The translations under genes were made by a program, and so were the position numbers. Below the pieces are notes generated by a model, which saw only the letters and a program-made list of their open reading frames with translations, was not told the DNA's origin and made no database searches. Shown in pieces: positions 48,225 through 57,729 of a DNA stretch of 61,776 bases; positions within the stretch are counted from its first letter, which is position 1; each line of letters begins with the position of its first letter. The stretch is from Candidatus Omnitrophota bacterium (GTDB lineage Bacteria; Omnitrophota; Gorgyraeia; Zapsychrales; Fredricksoniimonadaceae). The stretch is from contig CAJARJ010000003.1 of the NCBI GenBank assembly GCA_903944345.1, positions 1-61,776 of the forward strand, in the 5' to 3' direction.

Positions 48225-49841
48225 ATGTTGGCTAAATTGACACCGGAACTTTTTTTGCGTAAGTATTTGATTTTTTGTTTGATCTTCATGGTGCTGGCCG
48301 GCATTGCCCTGCGAATCTGGTTTTTGCCCGGCGGAGGCTTCTTTTTTTATGACGAAGGTTTGTATTTGAAACATAACCTTCCGGTACTGGAGTTTATTTC
48401 AGCGCATCCGCAGATGGGGGAGGCTGACCGCCAGCAGGCGGCTTATTATTATTTCCGTTCTGCTCTGGGTAGTGGCAAATCGCTGTGGTTTTTGTTGATT
48501 GATTCCCGTTTTCTTTGGGGGGCCCTTGCGGACTGGTCTTTCTCCAAGGTTCTTTCCTGCTTTTTTGGGCTGATCACGATTCCGCTGGTTTTTCTTTTTA
48601 CGCGCCGTCATTTTGGTTCGTTCCTCCTGGCCTTGTTGGCATCCGCGCTTTTTGCCTTGTTACCGGGGGCGGTGTTCTATTCCAGAACCGGTTTGCAGGA
48701 GTCTTTGAGTATTTTTCTGGTTCTGGCCGGGTTTTATTTCTATTTACAGTCGATAAAATTGAATTGGCGCGTGTTTATTGGGGGAGTTTTTTTTGCTCTT
48801 GCCTTTTTTGCCAATTACCGGCTGATCATGTTGCCGTTTCTGGTGGCTTTTTATGAATTATGGCGCAATTATTTGTCCCGTGAGGGGGCCGGATGGCGTA
48901 ACTATACCTGGGCGATGTTGGTGTTTTTCTCCGGAGTAGTTCTTGGAGGGAATCTTCTGGAGGGCATCAATACCCGGGTTATTGCCATGTGGGTTTTCTA
49001 CCAGGGGCAGGAGGCCGGAGGTGCTTTTTCCTGGGTTAATCTTTTTTCTTATCCTTTTTATGTTTTCCGTATGGAGTCCGTGCTCTTTGCGGCAGCTTTC
49101 TTCGGAAATGTTTTTCTTCTGCTTCGTCGACAATGGGAGCAGTCCATCTTTTTTGGCCTGATCCTTTTTCAGATGTTCTTCTTTTCCTTTACTGAGGAAA
49201 AAGGGGCGCGTTATCTTGCGGTCATGTTGCCTTTTATGGCCATATCTGCTGCGTTTTTTCTCAGGCATTTATGGCGGGCATTTCCTTCCAGGCGTATTGT
49301 TCTTCTGGCGGCGGCTTTGTTAATGACGGTAGGAATGTTTTGGCAAAGTTTTCTGATTTCTTCAGCACGTTCAGCGCATGAAAATGCGGCAGAGTTTCTG
49401 CTGGCACGGGATCCCCAGGCGAAGTGGATGGCTTCCCAGGAGATGGTCGAAAGTCTTTATGTCTCGCCACAGGACAGAGTAAAAGCTATTCCTCCCTCTT
49501 TTGAGCGGTTGCTGGAGCTTTATTCGCAGGGATACCGCTATCTTGTTTTGGATGCACAGGCCTATGTTTCTCTTGCCGCCAGTCGCAAGTTTGTTCCTCC
49601 TTTAAAGGATTATCTTGGTTTTATTGACGCTAGGGTTCCGCCACTTCTGGTTATACCGCATATGAACAGAGCTCTCGGAGAACGTTTTGTGCTTGAGCAT
49701 AGTGAAAACTTGTCGGATTCGCTGCGTTTTCTTTCAGCTTCCGATTCCGAAAAAGCTTTTTCTTTGAGAATTTATGACCTTGCAATGGTTGTGCCGGAGA
49801 TGCTTAAAATTTATCAGCAGTCAAAATTGAGGCGGCAATGA
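48225..49841 (+). CDS. GT-C glycosyltransferase (family 39 / ArnT-PMT-like) polytopic membrane protein
   Basis: About 11-12 TM spans. The first-loop acidic motif FFFYDEGLYLKH is typical of GT39/GT83. It lies next to the GT2 donor synthase gene. Confidence 0.75.
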   Translation: MLAKLTPELFLRKYLIFCLIFMVLAGIALRIWFLPGGGFFFYDEGLYLKHNLPVLEFISAHPQMGEADRQQAAYYYFRSALGSGKSLWFLLIDSRFLWGALADWSFSKVLSCFFGLITIPLVFLFTRRHFGSFLLALLASALFALLPGAVFYSRTGLQESLSIFLVLAGFYFYLQSIKLNWRVFIGGVFFALAFFANYRLIMLPFLVAFYELWRNYLSREGAGWRNYTWAMLVFFSGVVLGGNLLEGINTRVIAMWVFYQGQEAGGAFSWVNLFSYPFYVFRMESVLFAAAFFGNVFLLLRRQWEQSIFFGLILFQMFFFSFTEEKGARYLAVMLPFMAISAAFFLRHLWRAFPSRRIVLLAAALLMTVGMFWQSFLISSARSAHENAAEFLLARDPQAKWMASQEMVESLYVSPQDRVKAIPPSFERLLELYSQGYRYLVLDAQAYVSLAASRKFVPPLKDYLGFIDARVPPLLVIPHMNRALGERFVLEHSENLSDSLRFLSASDSEKAFSLRIYDLAMVVPEMLKIYQQSKLRRQ

Positions 49842-50875
49842 CAGTCAAGGTGAAAACTCTTCCTCTTTTTGAGGCAATGGAGACTCTCCAGCTTCCCGGA
49901 TTGAAGGACAATCTTTTTTCTTCGCGGCAATGGTTTAATGTCATTCGTGCGGCTTATCATCCAGACCTTTTTCTTAAATACATCGAGGTTGACGGGGTTG
50001 TCCGCACTTATGTCGTTTATACCGTGGTCCGTAATTTTCTGGAATGGAAAATATGTGTTTTGTCTTATTCGGATTATTGTGATGCGTTTGTTTCCTCGGC
50101 AGAAGACTGGAGGATTTTTTTTGATTCCTTGCGCAGGGATTATCCGGAATACCGGATTGCTTTGAGGACTTTTCGTGATGCTGCGGCGCGCGCTTGCGGA
50201 CTTTTTCATGAGCTTAGTCGCGAATATGTTCATACCCTGGATTTGTCCGCTGATATTGATACGCTCTGGAAGGGGCTTGAGGGGGGATTTCGCAATCAGG
50301 TTCGTCAGGGAGAGCGCCGGGGGTTGGTTTGCCGGGAAGGAACCCTTGCCGATTTATGGTCTTTTTATCTGTTGCATGTCAGTTTGCGTAAAAGAAAGTA
50401 TCGTATTTTTGCCCAGCCGTTTAGTTTTTTTCAGGCAATCTGGAAAGAATTTGTTGAGAAGGGTAACGGGTTTCTTTTGTGTTCCTTTGATCCGCGGGGT
50501 CAGATGGTTGGCGGTAATGTTTTTCTTGTGCACGAAAAAACACTTTATTACAAGGTGAACACATCTTCTGCGGAAGCACTCGATCTGCGTTCGAATAATG
50601 TGCTCATGTGGGAAGGAATAAAGCGGGCCAAGGAGAGAGGGTTGACTTCCCTTGATCTTGGTTCCAGTGGTCGGGAGCAGGATGGTCTTGTGCATTTCAA
50701 GGATGGCACAGGCGCCAGCCGGGGCGATATTATTCATTTGGGGTATCATCCCCCCGGCTACGTTTTCAGCCGCAAGCGAATTCTTAAAACATATACTCGC
50801 CTGATGACACAGGCATGGGTTCCGGATACAGTGACTCGCATGGGCAGTCATCTGATCTATCCTTTTCTTGCCTAG
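49838..50875 (+). CDS. FemAB-like / Acetyltransf_6 (GNAT-fold) acyl- or aminoacyl-transferase
   Basis: ...FLLCSFDPRGQMVGGNVFLVHEKTLYYKVNTS..RSNNVLMWEGIKRAKERGLTSLDLG.....GLVHFKDGTGA resembles the FemAB/BioF2-like family. ATGA overlap with the GT-C gene. Confidence 0.65.
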   Translation: MTVKVKTLPLFEAMETLQLPGLKDNLFSSRQWFNVIRAAYHPDLFLKYIEVDGVVRTYVVYTVVRNFLEWKICVLSYSDYCDAFVSSAEDWRIFFDSLRRDYPEYRIALRTFRDAAARACGLFHELSREYVHTLDLSADIDTLWKGLEGGFRNQVRQGERRGLVCREGTLADLWSFYLLHVSLRKRKYRIFAQPFSFFQAIWKEFVEKGNGFLLCSFDPRGQMVGGNVFLVHEKTLYYKVNTSSAEALDLRSNNVLMWEGIKRAKERGLTSLDLGSSGREQDGLVHFKDGTGASRGDIIHLGYHPPGYVFSRKRILKTYTRLMTQAWVPDTVTRMGSHLIYPFLA

Positions 50876-50883
50876 GGTTTTCT

Positions 50884-51630
50884 ATGACGTTAAAAGATTT
50901 TTTTGATGATTGGACGTCTGCGGCCAAAAGCAGCTATGCCCAGCGGCAGTGGCTGCTGAGCAAATGGGAAGTTTTCGATGGCATTGAATGGTCGCAGGAT
51001 AAGATCAATGTTATGCTCGGCACGATTCTTGATGCTTTAAGGCCGGAGAAGGAACACCTTTTTCTTGACCTCGGTTGTGGGGGGGGATGGATAACCCGGC
51101 TGTTGGCCGGACATGTGCATCAGGCCGTTGGTCTGGATTTTTGTGCGCATATGTTATCGGTAGCCGCAGCGTCTTCTGCGGGGTCTTGGGTTCAGGGAGA
51201 TATCGGGCGACTGCCGTTTAAAACTTCTTCGGTTGACAGGGTGCTGAGTTATTTTGTTTTTCTGAATTTTCTGGATGATAGTTTTGTCGAGAAGTCCTTG
51301 CTGGAGATTCATCGGGTTCTCGCGCCGGGTGGAGTGGCTTTGATCGGACAGATGCCGGACGCGGCGGGTTCGCTGTCGTATGATCGTTCAAAAAAAGAGT
51401 ATATGGACTATTGTTCCGGGCAGATGCATCTGGGCAGGCGCAATGATCAGGACAGTCGGGCGCCGTTAAGGACATTTGACCGAGAAAGTCTTGTGCGCTT
51501 TTTAAGAGACAAGGGTATTGTTTGTGATATTCGGCCGGCCTTTAATCCTTTCTATCGTCAGGGAGCATCCGTCACGGTTGAGTGGCGGTTTGACCTTTTG
51601 CTTCGCAAGGATTATTCTGGTGACAAATAA
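50884..51630 (+). CDS. class I SAM-dependent methyltransferase
   Basis: Motif I FLDLGCGGGWITRLL and the post-I acidic residue in VGLDF. Confidence 0.8.
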   Translation: MTLKDFFDDWTSAAKSSYAQRQWLLSKWEVFDGIEWSQDKINVMLGTILDALRPEKEHLFLDLGCGGGWITRLLAGHVHQAVGLDFCAHMLSVAAASSAGSWVQGDIGRLPFKTSSVDRVLSYFVFLNFLDDSFVEKSLLEIHRVLAPGGVALIGQMPDAAGSLSYDRSKKEYMDYCSGQMHLGRRNDQDSRAPLRTFDRESLVRFLRDKGIVCDIRPAFNPFYRQGASVTVEWRFDLLLRKDYSGDK

Positions 51631-52651
51631 AATACTATTCTTTTTGTTTTGTTGTGCCGGACTTCTTTTATTGCAGAGCAGGGCCTGGGCCTCATTAAAG
51701 CAGGAGTCCCGGTCCATGCCATTTTTTGGTACTGTTGTCACTCTTAAGGTTTGTTTTGAGCCCGATCAGTCGACGGCCATGGAATCAGCCTTCGGGCAGG
51801 TGTGGCAGCGTTTTGGAGAGATCAATGCCCGGCTGAATACTTATGATCCTGCCAGTGATCTTTCCCGTCTTAATGCTGCAGCGGGCCAGGCCGTTCGGGT
51901 GAATCAGGAGGTTGCCGACTTGCTGCAGGCATCGGAGCGTTTTTCTTTGGCCACACAGGGAACTTTTAACGTTGCCGTTGGGCCACTATTGGATCTTTGG
52001 CGGGACTGTTCACGGGACAACCGGGTTCCATCAAGAGAGGAAATTCTGGCGGCCAAAAGCTTGATTGAATCGTCTGTCTGGTCTTTTCGGGATGACGGCG
52101 CGGTTGCGCTTGCCCCCGGGGCCTCCGTAACTTTGAATGCGATTGTTCCCGGCTATGCGGCTGATGCGGGGGCTCAGATATTAAAACAGGCCGGATTTAA
52201 GAATTTTTTTGTTGATGCCGGAGGGGAGATTTACGCATCGGGTCACAATTGCCAGAGTCGTCCATGGCATATCGGAGTGCGTGATCCCGGCGGCAGTTCC
52301 GGGGTGTTAGAGGTTGTCGAGGCCAGGGATGTTGCAGTCAGTACTTCCGGGGATTATGAAAAGTTTTTCGAGATCAAAGGGCAAAGGTATTCGCATATCA
52401 TCAATCCTCTGACCGGATATCCGGTTACGGGGGCAGTAAGTACGACTGTGATCGCCCCGACGGCACTGGAAGCTGATGTCTGGTCAACAGCTCTGAGTGT
52501 TCTCGGCCCGCGGATGGGTGTCCCGCTCATCAACTCTCTGGGGGACGGTTATGGTGCTTTGTTTCTTGTCAAATCTCCGGCGGGTAAGATTGAAAGATAC
52601 TCTACCTCTGGGTATGATCACAGGCTGTTGGAAAAAGACCGTAATTTTTGA
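51620..52651 (+). CDS. apbE: FAD:protein FMN transferase (ApbE family), exported
   Basis: A GTG start gives the signal peptide [24 protein letters not shown]. ApbE motifs are [12 protein letters not shown] and [28 protein letters not shown]. Confidence 0.8.
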   Translation: MTNKILFFLFCCAGLLLLQSRAWASLKQESRSMPFFGTVVTLKVCFEPDQSTAMESAFGQVWQRFGEINARLNTYDPASDLSRLNAAAGQAVRVNQEVADLLQASERFSLATQGTFNVAVGPLLDLWRDCSRDNRVPSREEILAAKSLIESSVWSFRDDGAVALAPGASVTLNAIVPGYAADAGAQILKQAGFKNFFVDAGGEIYASGHNCQSRPWHIGVRDPGGSSGVLEVVEARDVAVSTSGDYEKFFEIKGQRYSHIINPLTGYPVTGAVSTTVIAPTALEADVWSTALSVLGPRMGVPLINSLGDGYGALFLVKSPAGKIERYSTSGYDHRLLEKDRNF

Positions 52652-52661
52652 AGGAGCCAAT

Positions 52662-53480
52662 ATGCAGCAGTATCTCGATCTGGTTCGGCATGTTCTGGAT
52701 CATGGTGAGAAGAAAGATGACCGCACAGGAACCGGAACCCTTTCGGTCTTCGGTTATCAGATGCGTTTTGATCTTAGAAAAGGCTTTCCTCTGCTGACAA
52801 CAAAGAAAGTTTTGTTTGATGCGGTTGTGCGCGAACTGCTCTGGTTCTTGCGCGGCTCGACCAATATTCACGATGATCTTAGTGCGTATACTCCTATCTG
52901 GAATGCTTGGGCAGATGAAAGTGGTGAATTGGGTCCGGTTTACGGATATCAGTGGCGGCGTTGGGAGCGTTTTGTTCCGGACGATTCTTTGTCTGGAACT
53001 TTTCGCCGGGAGCATGTTGACCAGATCGGCCAGGTGATTCGAATGATCAAGGAAAATCCGGATTCAAGAAGGCTCATTGTCAGTGCGTGGAATGTCGCAG
53101 ATATTGACCGGATGGCCCTTCCTCCTTGTCACGCTTTTTTTCAGTTTTACGTTGTGCAGGGGTATCTGGATTGTCAGCTTTATCAGCGCTCGGCAGATAT
53201 TGCGCTCGGTGTTCCCTTCAACATTGCCAGTTACGCCCTGTTGTTAAGCATGACGGCCAAAGAGTGCGGACTGACGCCAAGGTTTTTGATCCACACCTTG
53301 GGAGATGCTCACGTTTATTTGAACCACATCGATGGCCTGCGTCTGCAGTTGACCCGGAGCCCGGGCGCATTGCCTGCGCTGCAGTTGGCCGACAGGCGTG
53401 TTTTGGAGCAGAAGTTTGAGGATATTCGTCTTTGCGGGTATAATCCGCAGGCGTTTATCAAGTTTCCTATAGCCGTCTGA
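52662..53480 (+). CDS. thyA: thymidylate synthase (ThyA)
   Basis: [31 protein letters not shown] and the catalytic context [23 protein letters not shown] precedes it. Confidence 0.96.
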   Translation: MQQYLDLVRHVLDHGEKKDDRTGTGTLSVFGYQMRFDLRKGFPLLTTKKVLFDAVVRELLWFLRGSTNIHDDLSAYTPIWNAWADESGELGPVYGYQWRRWERFVPDDSLSGTFRREHVDQIGQVIRMIKENPDSRRLIVSAWNVADIDRMALPPCHAFFQFYVVQGYLDCQLYQRSADIALGVPFNIASYALLLSMTAKECGLTPRFLIHTLGDAHVYLNHIDGLRLQLTRSPGALPALQLADRRVLEQKFEDIRLCGYNPQAFIKFPIAV

Positions 53481-53489
53481 GAGGGCAGG

Positions 53490-54032
53490 ATGAAAGGTTT
53501 CACAATAATTGCTGCTTGTGATGCTCGCAGTGGTATTGGCAAGAATAATGATTTGCCCTGGAAGCTGTCGGCCGATATGAAACATTTCAGGGATTGCACG
53601 ATGGCTCGCCATGATCGCGGCGAGGCGCAGAATGTGCTGATTATGGGGCGCAGGACATGGGAATCCCTGCCGGAGCAGCGCAAGCCACTGCATGGAAGGC
53701 ATAATGTTGTTCTTTCGACGGGTGAATTGTCTGGACTGCCATCTTCCGTCGATCATTGCCGCTCTTTGAATGATGCTGTTATGCGTTATTGCGCGGACGA
53801 GGGTCACCGTTATGGCCGGGTTTTTGTTATCGGAGGAGAACAGCTTTACCGTTGCGCGATTCAACATCCTTCTTGTGAGGCATTGTATTTGACAATGATT
53901 GAATCAGTATATGATTGTGACCGCTATTTTCCTCCCATTCCTTCTGCTTTTCGTGAGATTGCTCGGACTGCTCCGATGATTGAGAACGGATTGACTTTCT
54001 TTTTTTCAGAATTTAAAAGAGATATTCCTTAA
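53490..54032 (+). CDS. folA: dihydrofolate reductase
   Basis: IGKNNDLPWKL, LIMGRRTWESLP and VIGGEQLY motifs. It follows thyA. Confidence 0.93.
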   Translation: MKGFTIIAACDARSGIGKNNDLPWKLSADMKHFRDCTMARHDRGEAQNVLIMGRRTWESLPEQRKPLHGRHNVVLSTGELSGLPSSVDHCRSLNDAVMRYCADEGHRYGRVFVIGGEQLYRCAIQHPSCEALYLTMIESVYDCDRYFPPIPSAFREIARTAPMIENGLTFFFSEFKRDIP

Positions 54033-54292
54033 TAGTATTGTTTTCCTCTTACTTGGCTGTTTTCTGTTCAGATGTCAGAACGTATTTATTTTTATGATCT
54101 TTTTTTGAGAAAACGTTTTCTTTATCCCCCGAGTGTCGGTCGATAAATCTTTGTATATCAGTAGCTTGCGGATGGAATTCAGCGTATAAATATTTCTATG
54201 ATTTTTTGTCGATAGGATCGTATTCACTTCTCAGGGGGTATATACTTCTTTTGTGAGGAGTGCGGTTTTATTATTAGATTGGGGGGGGCGAT

Positions 54293-55465
54293 ATGACTAC
54301 TGCATCCAGAAAGAAAATTATCCTTTTTCTTGCCGAGGACTGTTGTGGGTTGAAGCCCCGTCTGGAGTTTCTTGAGGAGAACGGGTATGTTTGTTTGACG
54401 TCGGATAGTTTCCAGGAGGGGCACCGAAAGGTCAGGGATTTGGACGTTGACCTGATTGTTCTGGAGGAACATCTCAAAGACATAACCGGGCTTGAGTTTT
54501 GTAAAAGAATCAAGGCTGATGAGTGCACGTGTTCTGTGCCGTTGATAGTTTTGACCGAGAAGGATGACAGTGGTGTTCGGATCAAGTACTACCGACTGGG
54601 GGCAGACGACTGCCTGTTGGCATCTATTGTCAAGGATGAGTTGCTGGCCAAGATTGATGTAATGAGCAGCCGCAGCAGTACAGATGAGCGCGACCGTAAA
54701 GGCTCCCGGCAGAATATGGCGCGGGAAATAAGCCGCATTATTGAGCAAGAGATGATTTTACCGCATTTTCAGCCTATTTATTGTTTGAATCCTTTTCATT
54801 TGCTAGGCTTGGAGGTTCTCAGTCGACCGATTGGTTCGGAAATGTTTACGGATCCTAATGACCTTTTCAAGGCCGCAGAGAAGTTTGAGCTTTATGATTC
54901 GCTCGAAATGATGTGTTGGAAGAAGGCCACCGAATCTGTAGCCCATAAAACCCGTAATGAAAACTTGTTTTTTAACTGCGCTCCCCGGTTGATCGAGGAA
55001 AGAAAGCTGGATGCTTTTTATGGTATTTTCAGAAAAGCCCAGATGCCTTTTAATAACGTTATTCTTGAGATTACGGAGCGTTCGTCGATTAACGAAGAGT
55101 CGGTGTTTAGCCAGAGACTCTCCGGGTATCGGAATGACGGGTTTAGCTTTGCGGTTGATGATGTTGGCAAGGGGTATTCCAGCCTGGAATCGATTATTTC
55201 TACCAAGCCGGAAATAATAAAGATTGATCAGCATATTATCCGGGGAATTCAAAATGATCCGGTTAAGGTCAGCATTACCAAATTTATTGTGGCGTTTTGC
55301 AAGGAGAGCGGCATTATTACGGTGGCAGAAGGAGTGGAGACCGAGCCAGAATTTAGTGTGGTTAAATCCTTGGGGGTGGATGCCGTTCAAGGGTATTATT
55401 TATTTAAGCCGGTCTCGGATCTTAATTTGCGGGAGATTAAGGATGTTTGTGTGGCTTATGTGTAA
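54293..55465 (+). CDS. response-regulator-like (pseudo-receiver) + EAL-domain c-di-GMP phosphodiesterase
   Basis: The REC-like N-terminus has E at the phospho-acceptor position (DLIVLEEHL). EAL-domain motifs are EVLSR, FFNCAP, EITER, DDVGKGYSS, KIDQ, AEGVET and QGYYLFKP. Confidence 0.85.
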   Translation: MTTASRKKIILFLAEDCCGLKPRLEFLEENGYVCLTSDSFQEGHRKVRDLDVDLIVLEEHLKDITGLEFCKRIKADECTCSVPLIVLTEKDDSGVRIKYYRLGADDCLLASIVKDELLAKIDVMSSRSSTDERDRKGSRQNMAREISRIIEQEMILPHFQPIYCLNPFHLLGLEVLSRPIGSEMFTDPNDLFKAAEKFELYDSLEMMCWKKATESVAHKTRNENLFFNCAPRLIEERKLDAFYGIFRKAQMPFNNVILEITERSSINEESVFSQRLSGYRNDGFSFAVDDVGKGYSSLESIISTKPEIIKIDQHIIRGIQNDPVKVSITKFIVAFCKESGIITVAEGVETEPEFSVVKSLGVDAVQGYYLFKPVSDLNLREIKDVCVAYV

Positions 55466-55513
55466 TTTTTTTCTGAAATAACAGCTGTTGATTCCTGATT
55501 GTAATATAATGAT

Positions 55514-55541
55514 GGCATCCTGTGAGGGTGCCGTTTTTTTT
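55514..55541 (+). terminator. intrinsic terminator after the REC-EAL gene
   Basis: GGCATCC-tgtga-GGGTGCC forms a 7-bp stem with one G-U pair, followed by a T8 run. Confidence 0.75.
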
Positions 55542-55570
55542 ATATCTTTTTTATCCGGAAGAGGGGCGAT

Positions 55571-57136
55571 ATGTTGGTTCAGCGAGCCAGTGGAATACTG
55601 TGTCATGTCTCTTGCCTGCCATCCTGTTTTGGTATTGGAGATATTGGTCCGGAGGCTTCGGCTTTTGTTTCGAATTTGGCAGCTTCGGGCCAGAAGTACT
55701 GGCAGTTGCTGCCACTATCCCCGACGAATCCGGCTTTGGCCAATTCTCCCTATAGCAGCGCGTCTGCGTTTGCTTTTAATGAGTTATTGATCAGCCCAGA
55801 AGGCTTGGTGCAGGATGGTTTGCTGCTGAAGCAGGATTTGGAGTTGTTTGTTCTGCCGTCTTGCGATTCGGTGGATTTTGAAGCCGTGGCACGCAAAAAG
55901 CAGGATATGCTGGATCGGGCCTGGGAGGCATATTGTTCTACCGCTTCTTCCGGGCAGGTGATACCGGAGGGAGAATTTGAATTTTTTGAGTCTGCTCAGG
56001 CAACATGGTTGAATGATTATGCATTGTTTGTTGTTCTTAAAGCCCGTTTTGCGGGGGCGGCATGGATTGATTGGCCGGTTCAATTCCGGGATCGTAATCC
56101 CATGGCACTTTCTGTGTTTCAAATAGAGAATGCCGGGCAGGTTCGCAAGGAAAAGTTCAAACAGTTTCTTTTTTATCGTCAGTGGCTCCGTTTGCGGGGC
56201 GAATGTCTCAGTCATGGGATTCTTCTGATCGGGGATATTCCGATTTATGTCAATTATGATAGCGCGGATGTCTGGAGGCATCCCGAATTCTTCATGCTGG
56301 ATGAATCCATGCGTCCGGCTGTTGTGGCTGGAGTTCCTCCCGATTATTTTAGCGAAGAGGGGCAGCGTTGGGGGAATCCTATCTATAATTGGCCGGTTTT
56401 GGCGGATAACGGTTTTTCCTGGTGGATAGAAAGGTTTCGGCACAATCTTGCTCTTTTTGATGAGGTGCGAATAGATCATTTTCGTGCTTTTGCCCAGTAT
56501 TGGGAGATCCCGTCGACTGAAAAGACGGCTAAAAAAGGACGTTGGGTTGATGCTCCAGGAAAAGAGCTTTTTACTGCTTTGCGCGAACATTTTCCTCTTT
56601 TGCCGGTGATTGCTGAAGATCTGGGGATTATCACGCCGGATGTTGACGCTTTGAAGGATCGGTTCGGGTTTCCGGGAATGAAAGTTCTTATGTTTGCTTT
56701 TCATAATGATTATTTAAAAAGCCGGGATCTTCCGGAGAATTATCAGTCTTTGAGTGTGGCTTACACAGGAACACATGATAATAATACTTTGCAGGGTTGG
56801 TATAATCATGATTTGACACCGGTTGAAAGAGCTAATATTCGCAGTTATTTCGGGTGTGATATTCCTGCGGATTCGATCAATTCGGTTCTTATCGCTAGAC
56901 TTTTGTTTTCCGCAGCAGGACTGGTCATTATTCCATTACAGGATGTGTTGGCCCTTGGAGGGGAGGCCCGGATGAATAATCCAGCCTTGATTCTGGGTAA
57001 TTGGAAATGGCGTTTGGGGGAGCGGGGCTTTCATTTGGGTAAATTTGAGTATTTGCGTCTTTTGACAATAGCTTCCGGTCGTTGCGGTGAAGGGACTGTA
57101 TTGCGCGTAGGATCTTTTCCGGAGGTGCTTGCTTGA
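55571..57136 (+). CDS. malQ: 4-alpha-glucanotransferase (amylomaltase, GH77)
   Basis: RASGILCHVSCLPS..GIGDIG, LIGDIPIYV, VRIDHFRAF and YTGTHDNNT motifs. Confidence 0.94.
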   Translation: MLVQRASGILCHVSCLPSCFGIGDIGPEASAFVSNLAASGQKYWQLLPLSPTNPALANSPYSSASAFAFNELLISPEGLVQDGLLLKQDLELFVLPSCDSVDFEAVARKKQDMLDRAWEAYCSTASSGQVIPEGEFEFFESAQATWLNDYALFVVLKARFAGAAWIDWPVQFRDRNPMALSVFQIENAGQVRKEKFKQFLFYRQWLRLRGECLSHGILLIGDIPIYVNYDSADVWRHPEFFMLDESMRPAVVAGVPPDYFSEEGQRWGNPIYNWPVLADNGFSWWIERFRHNLALFDEVRIDHFRAFAQYWEIPSTEKTAKKGRWVDAPGKELFTALREHFPLLPVIAEDLGIITPDVDALKDRFGFPGMKVLMFAFHNDYLKSRDLPENYQSLSVAYTGTHDNNTLQGWYNHDLTPVERANIRSYFGCDIPADSINSVLIARLLFSAAGLVIIPLQDVLALGGEARMNNPALILGNWKWRLGERGFHLGKFEYLRLLTIASGRCGEGTVLRVGSFPEVLA

Positions 57137-57669
57137 AGTTTGCTCTTTTGTTGATGACTTGTTTTTTGTTCGGGGGTTGTCTGGCGTCGGCTCCGCTTCA
57201 AGATTCTTCGCTGAGTAGGCGGCAGTCCAGGTTTGCTGTGGAGATTCTTGCTCCCGGGGCATTTTCTTCTGGGGGCAGTATTGCTGTAGATCCTTTCCTG
57301 GCTGGACAGGATGTTGCATCAGGCCCTCAGTTAAGTCGTTTTTCGCTTATGATTGTCAAGGGAGCGGCTGAGACAATTGCTGACAAGGCTGGAGCGTTTT
57401 CTTTTTGTGATCCACAGTCTCCGCAGAAGGCTGATTTTTTTGTGACTGGTCGGGTGGAAAAGTTTTCTTTTCCTGGAAAGGTGACGGGTTTTTTGTCCGG
57501 AGATACCGTGCGGATCAGGATTCGTGCGGAAATTCGTCATGCCCGGACCGGGGATTTGCTGGCTCGCCTGTCAGCCGTTCGCGTTCCCTCAGCAGAACAG
57601 CGCTTGCTGGATTTTGAGGCTTATGATATAGGAGTTTCTCTGGCAGGAGTCTTTGTGGATGCGCAGTAG
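57133..57669 (+). CDS. lipoprotein, hypothetical
   Basis: TTG start 7 nt after GGAGG. Signal plus lipobox: MKFALLLMTCFLFGGC. It overlaps the malQ stop. Confidence 0.65.
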   Translation: MKFALLLMTCFLFGGCLASAPLQDSSLSRRQSRFAVEILAPGAFSSGGSIAVDPFLAGQDVASGPQLSRFSLMIVKGAAETIADKAGAFSFCDPQSPQKADFFVTGRVEKFSFPGKVTGFLSGDTVRIRIRAEIRHARTGDLLARLSAVRVPSAEQRLLDFEAYDIGVSLAGVFVDAQ

Positions 57670-57729
57670 GGGGCAAATGAGCGATTTGTGGTGCATATTG
57701 ATTGGATGTGTTCTTCCAAGGAGGATTCG

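Noticed and set aside
55488-55510. TTGATT ... TATAAT upstream of malQ as a promoter
   Set aside because: The spacer is only 11 nt. The putative -10 box lies upstream of the REC-EAL terminator hairpin, so it is unlikely to be a functional malQ promoter.
55784-56704. 306-aa minus-strand ORF antisense to malQ; likewise 46292-47005, 5055-5735, 20970-21647 and 37000-39300 antisense ORFs
   Set aside because: All are nested in well-supported plus-strand genes and have low-complexity, basic translations. They are treated as frame artefacts.
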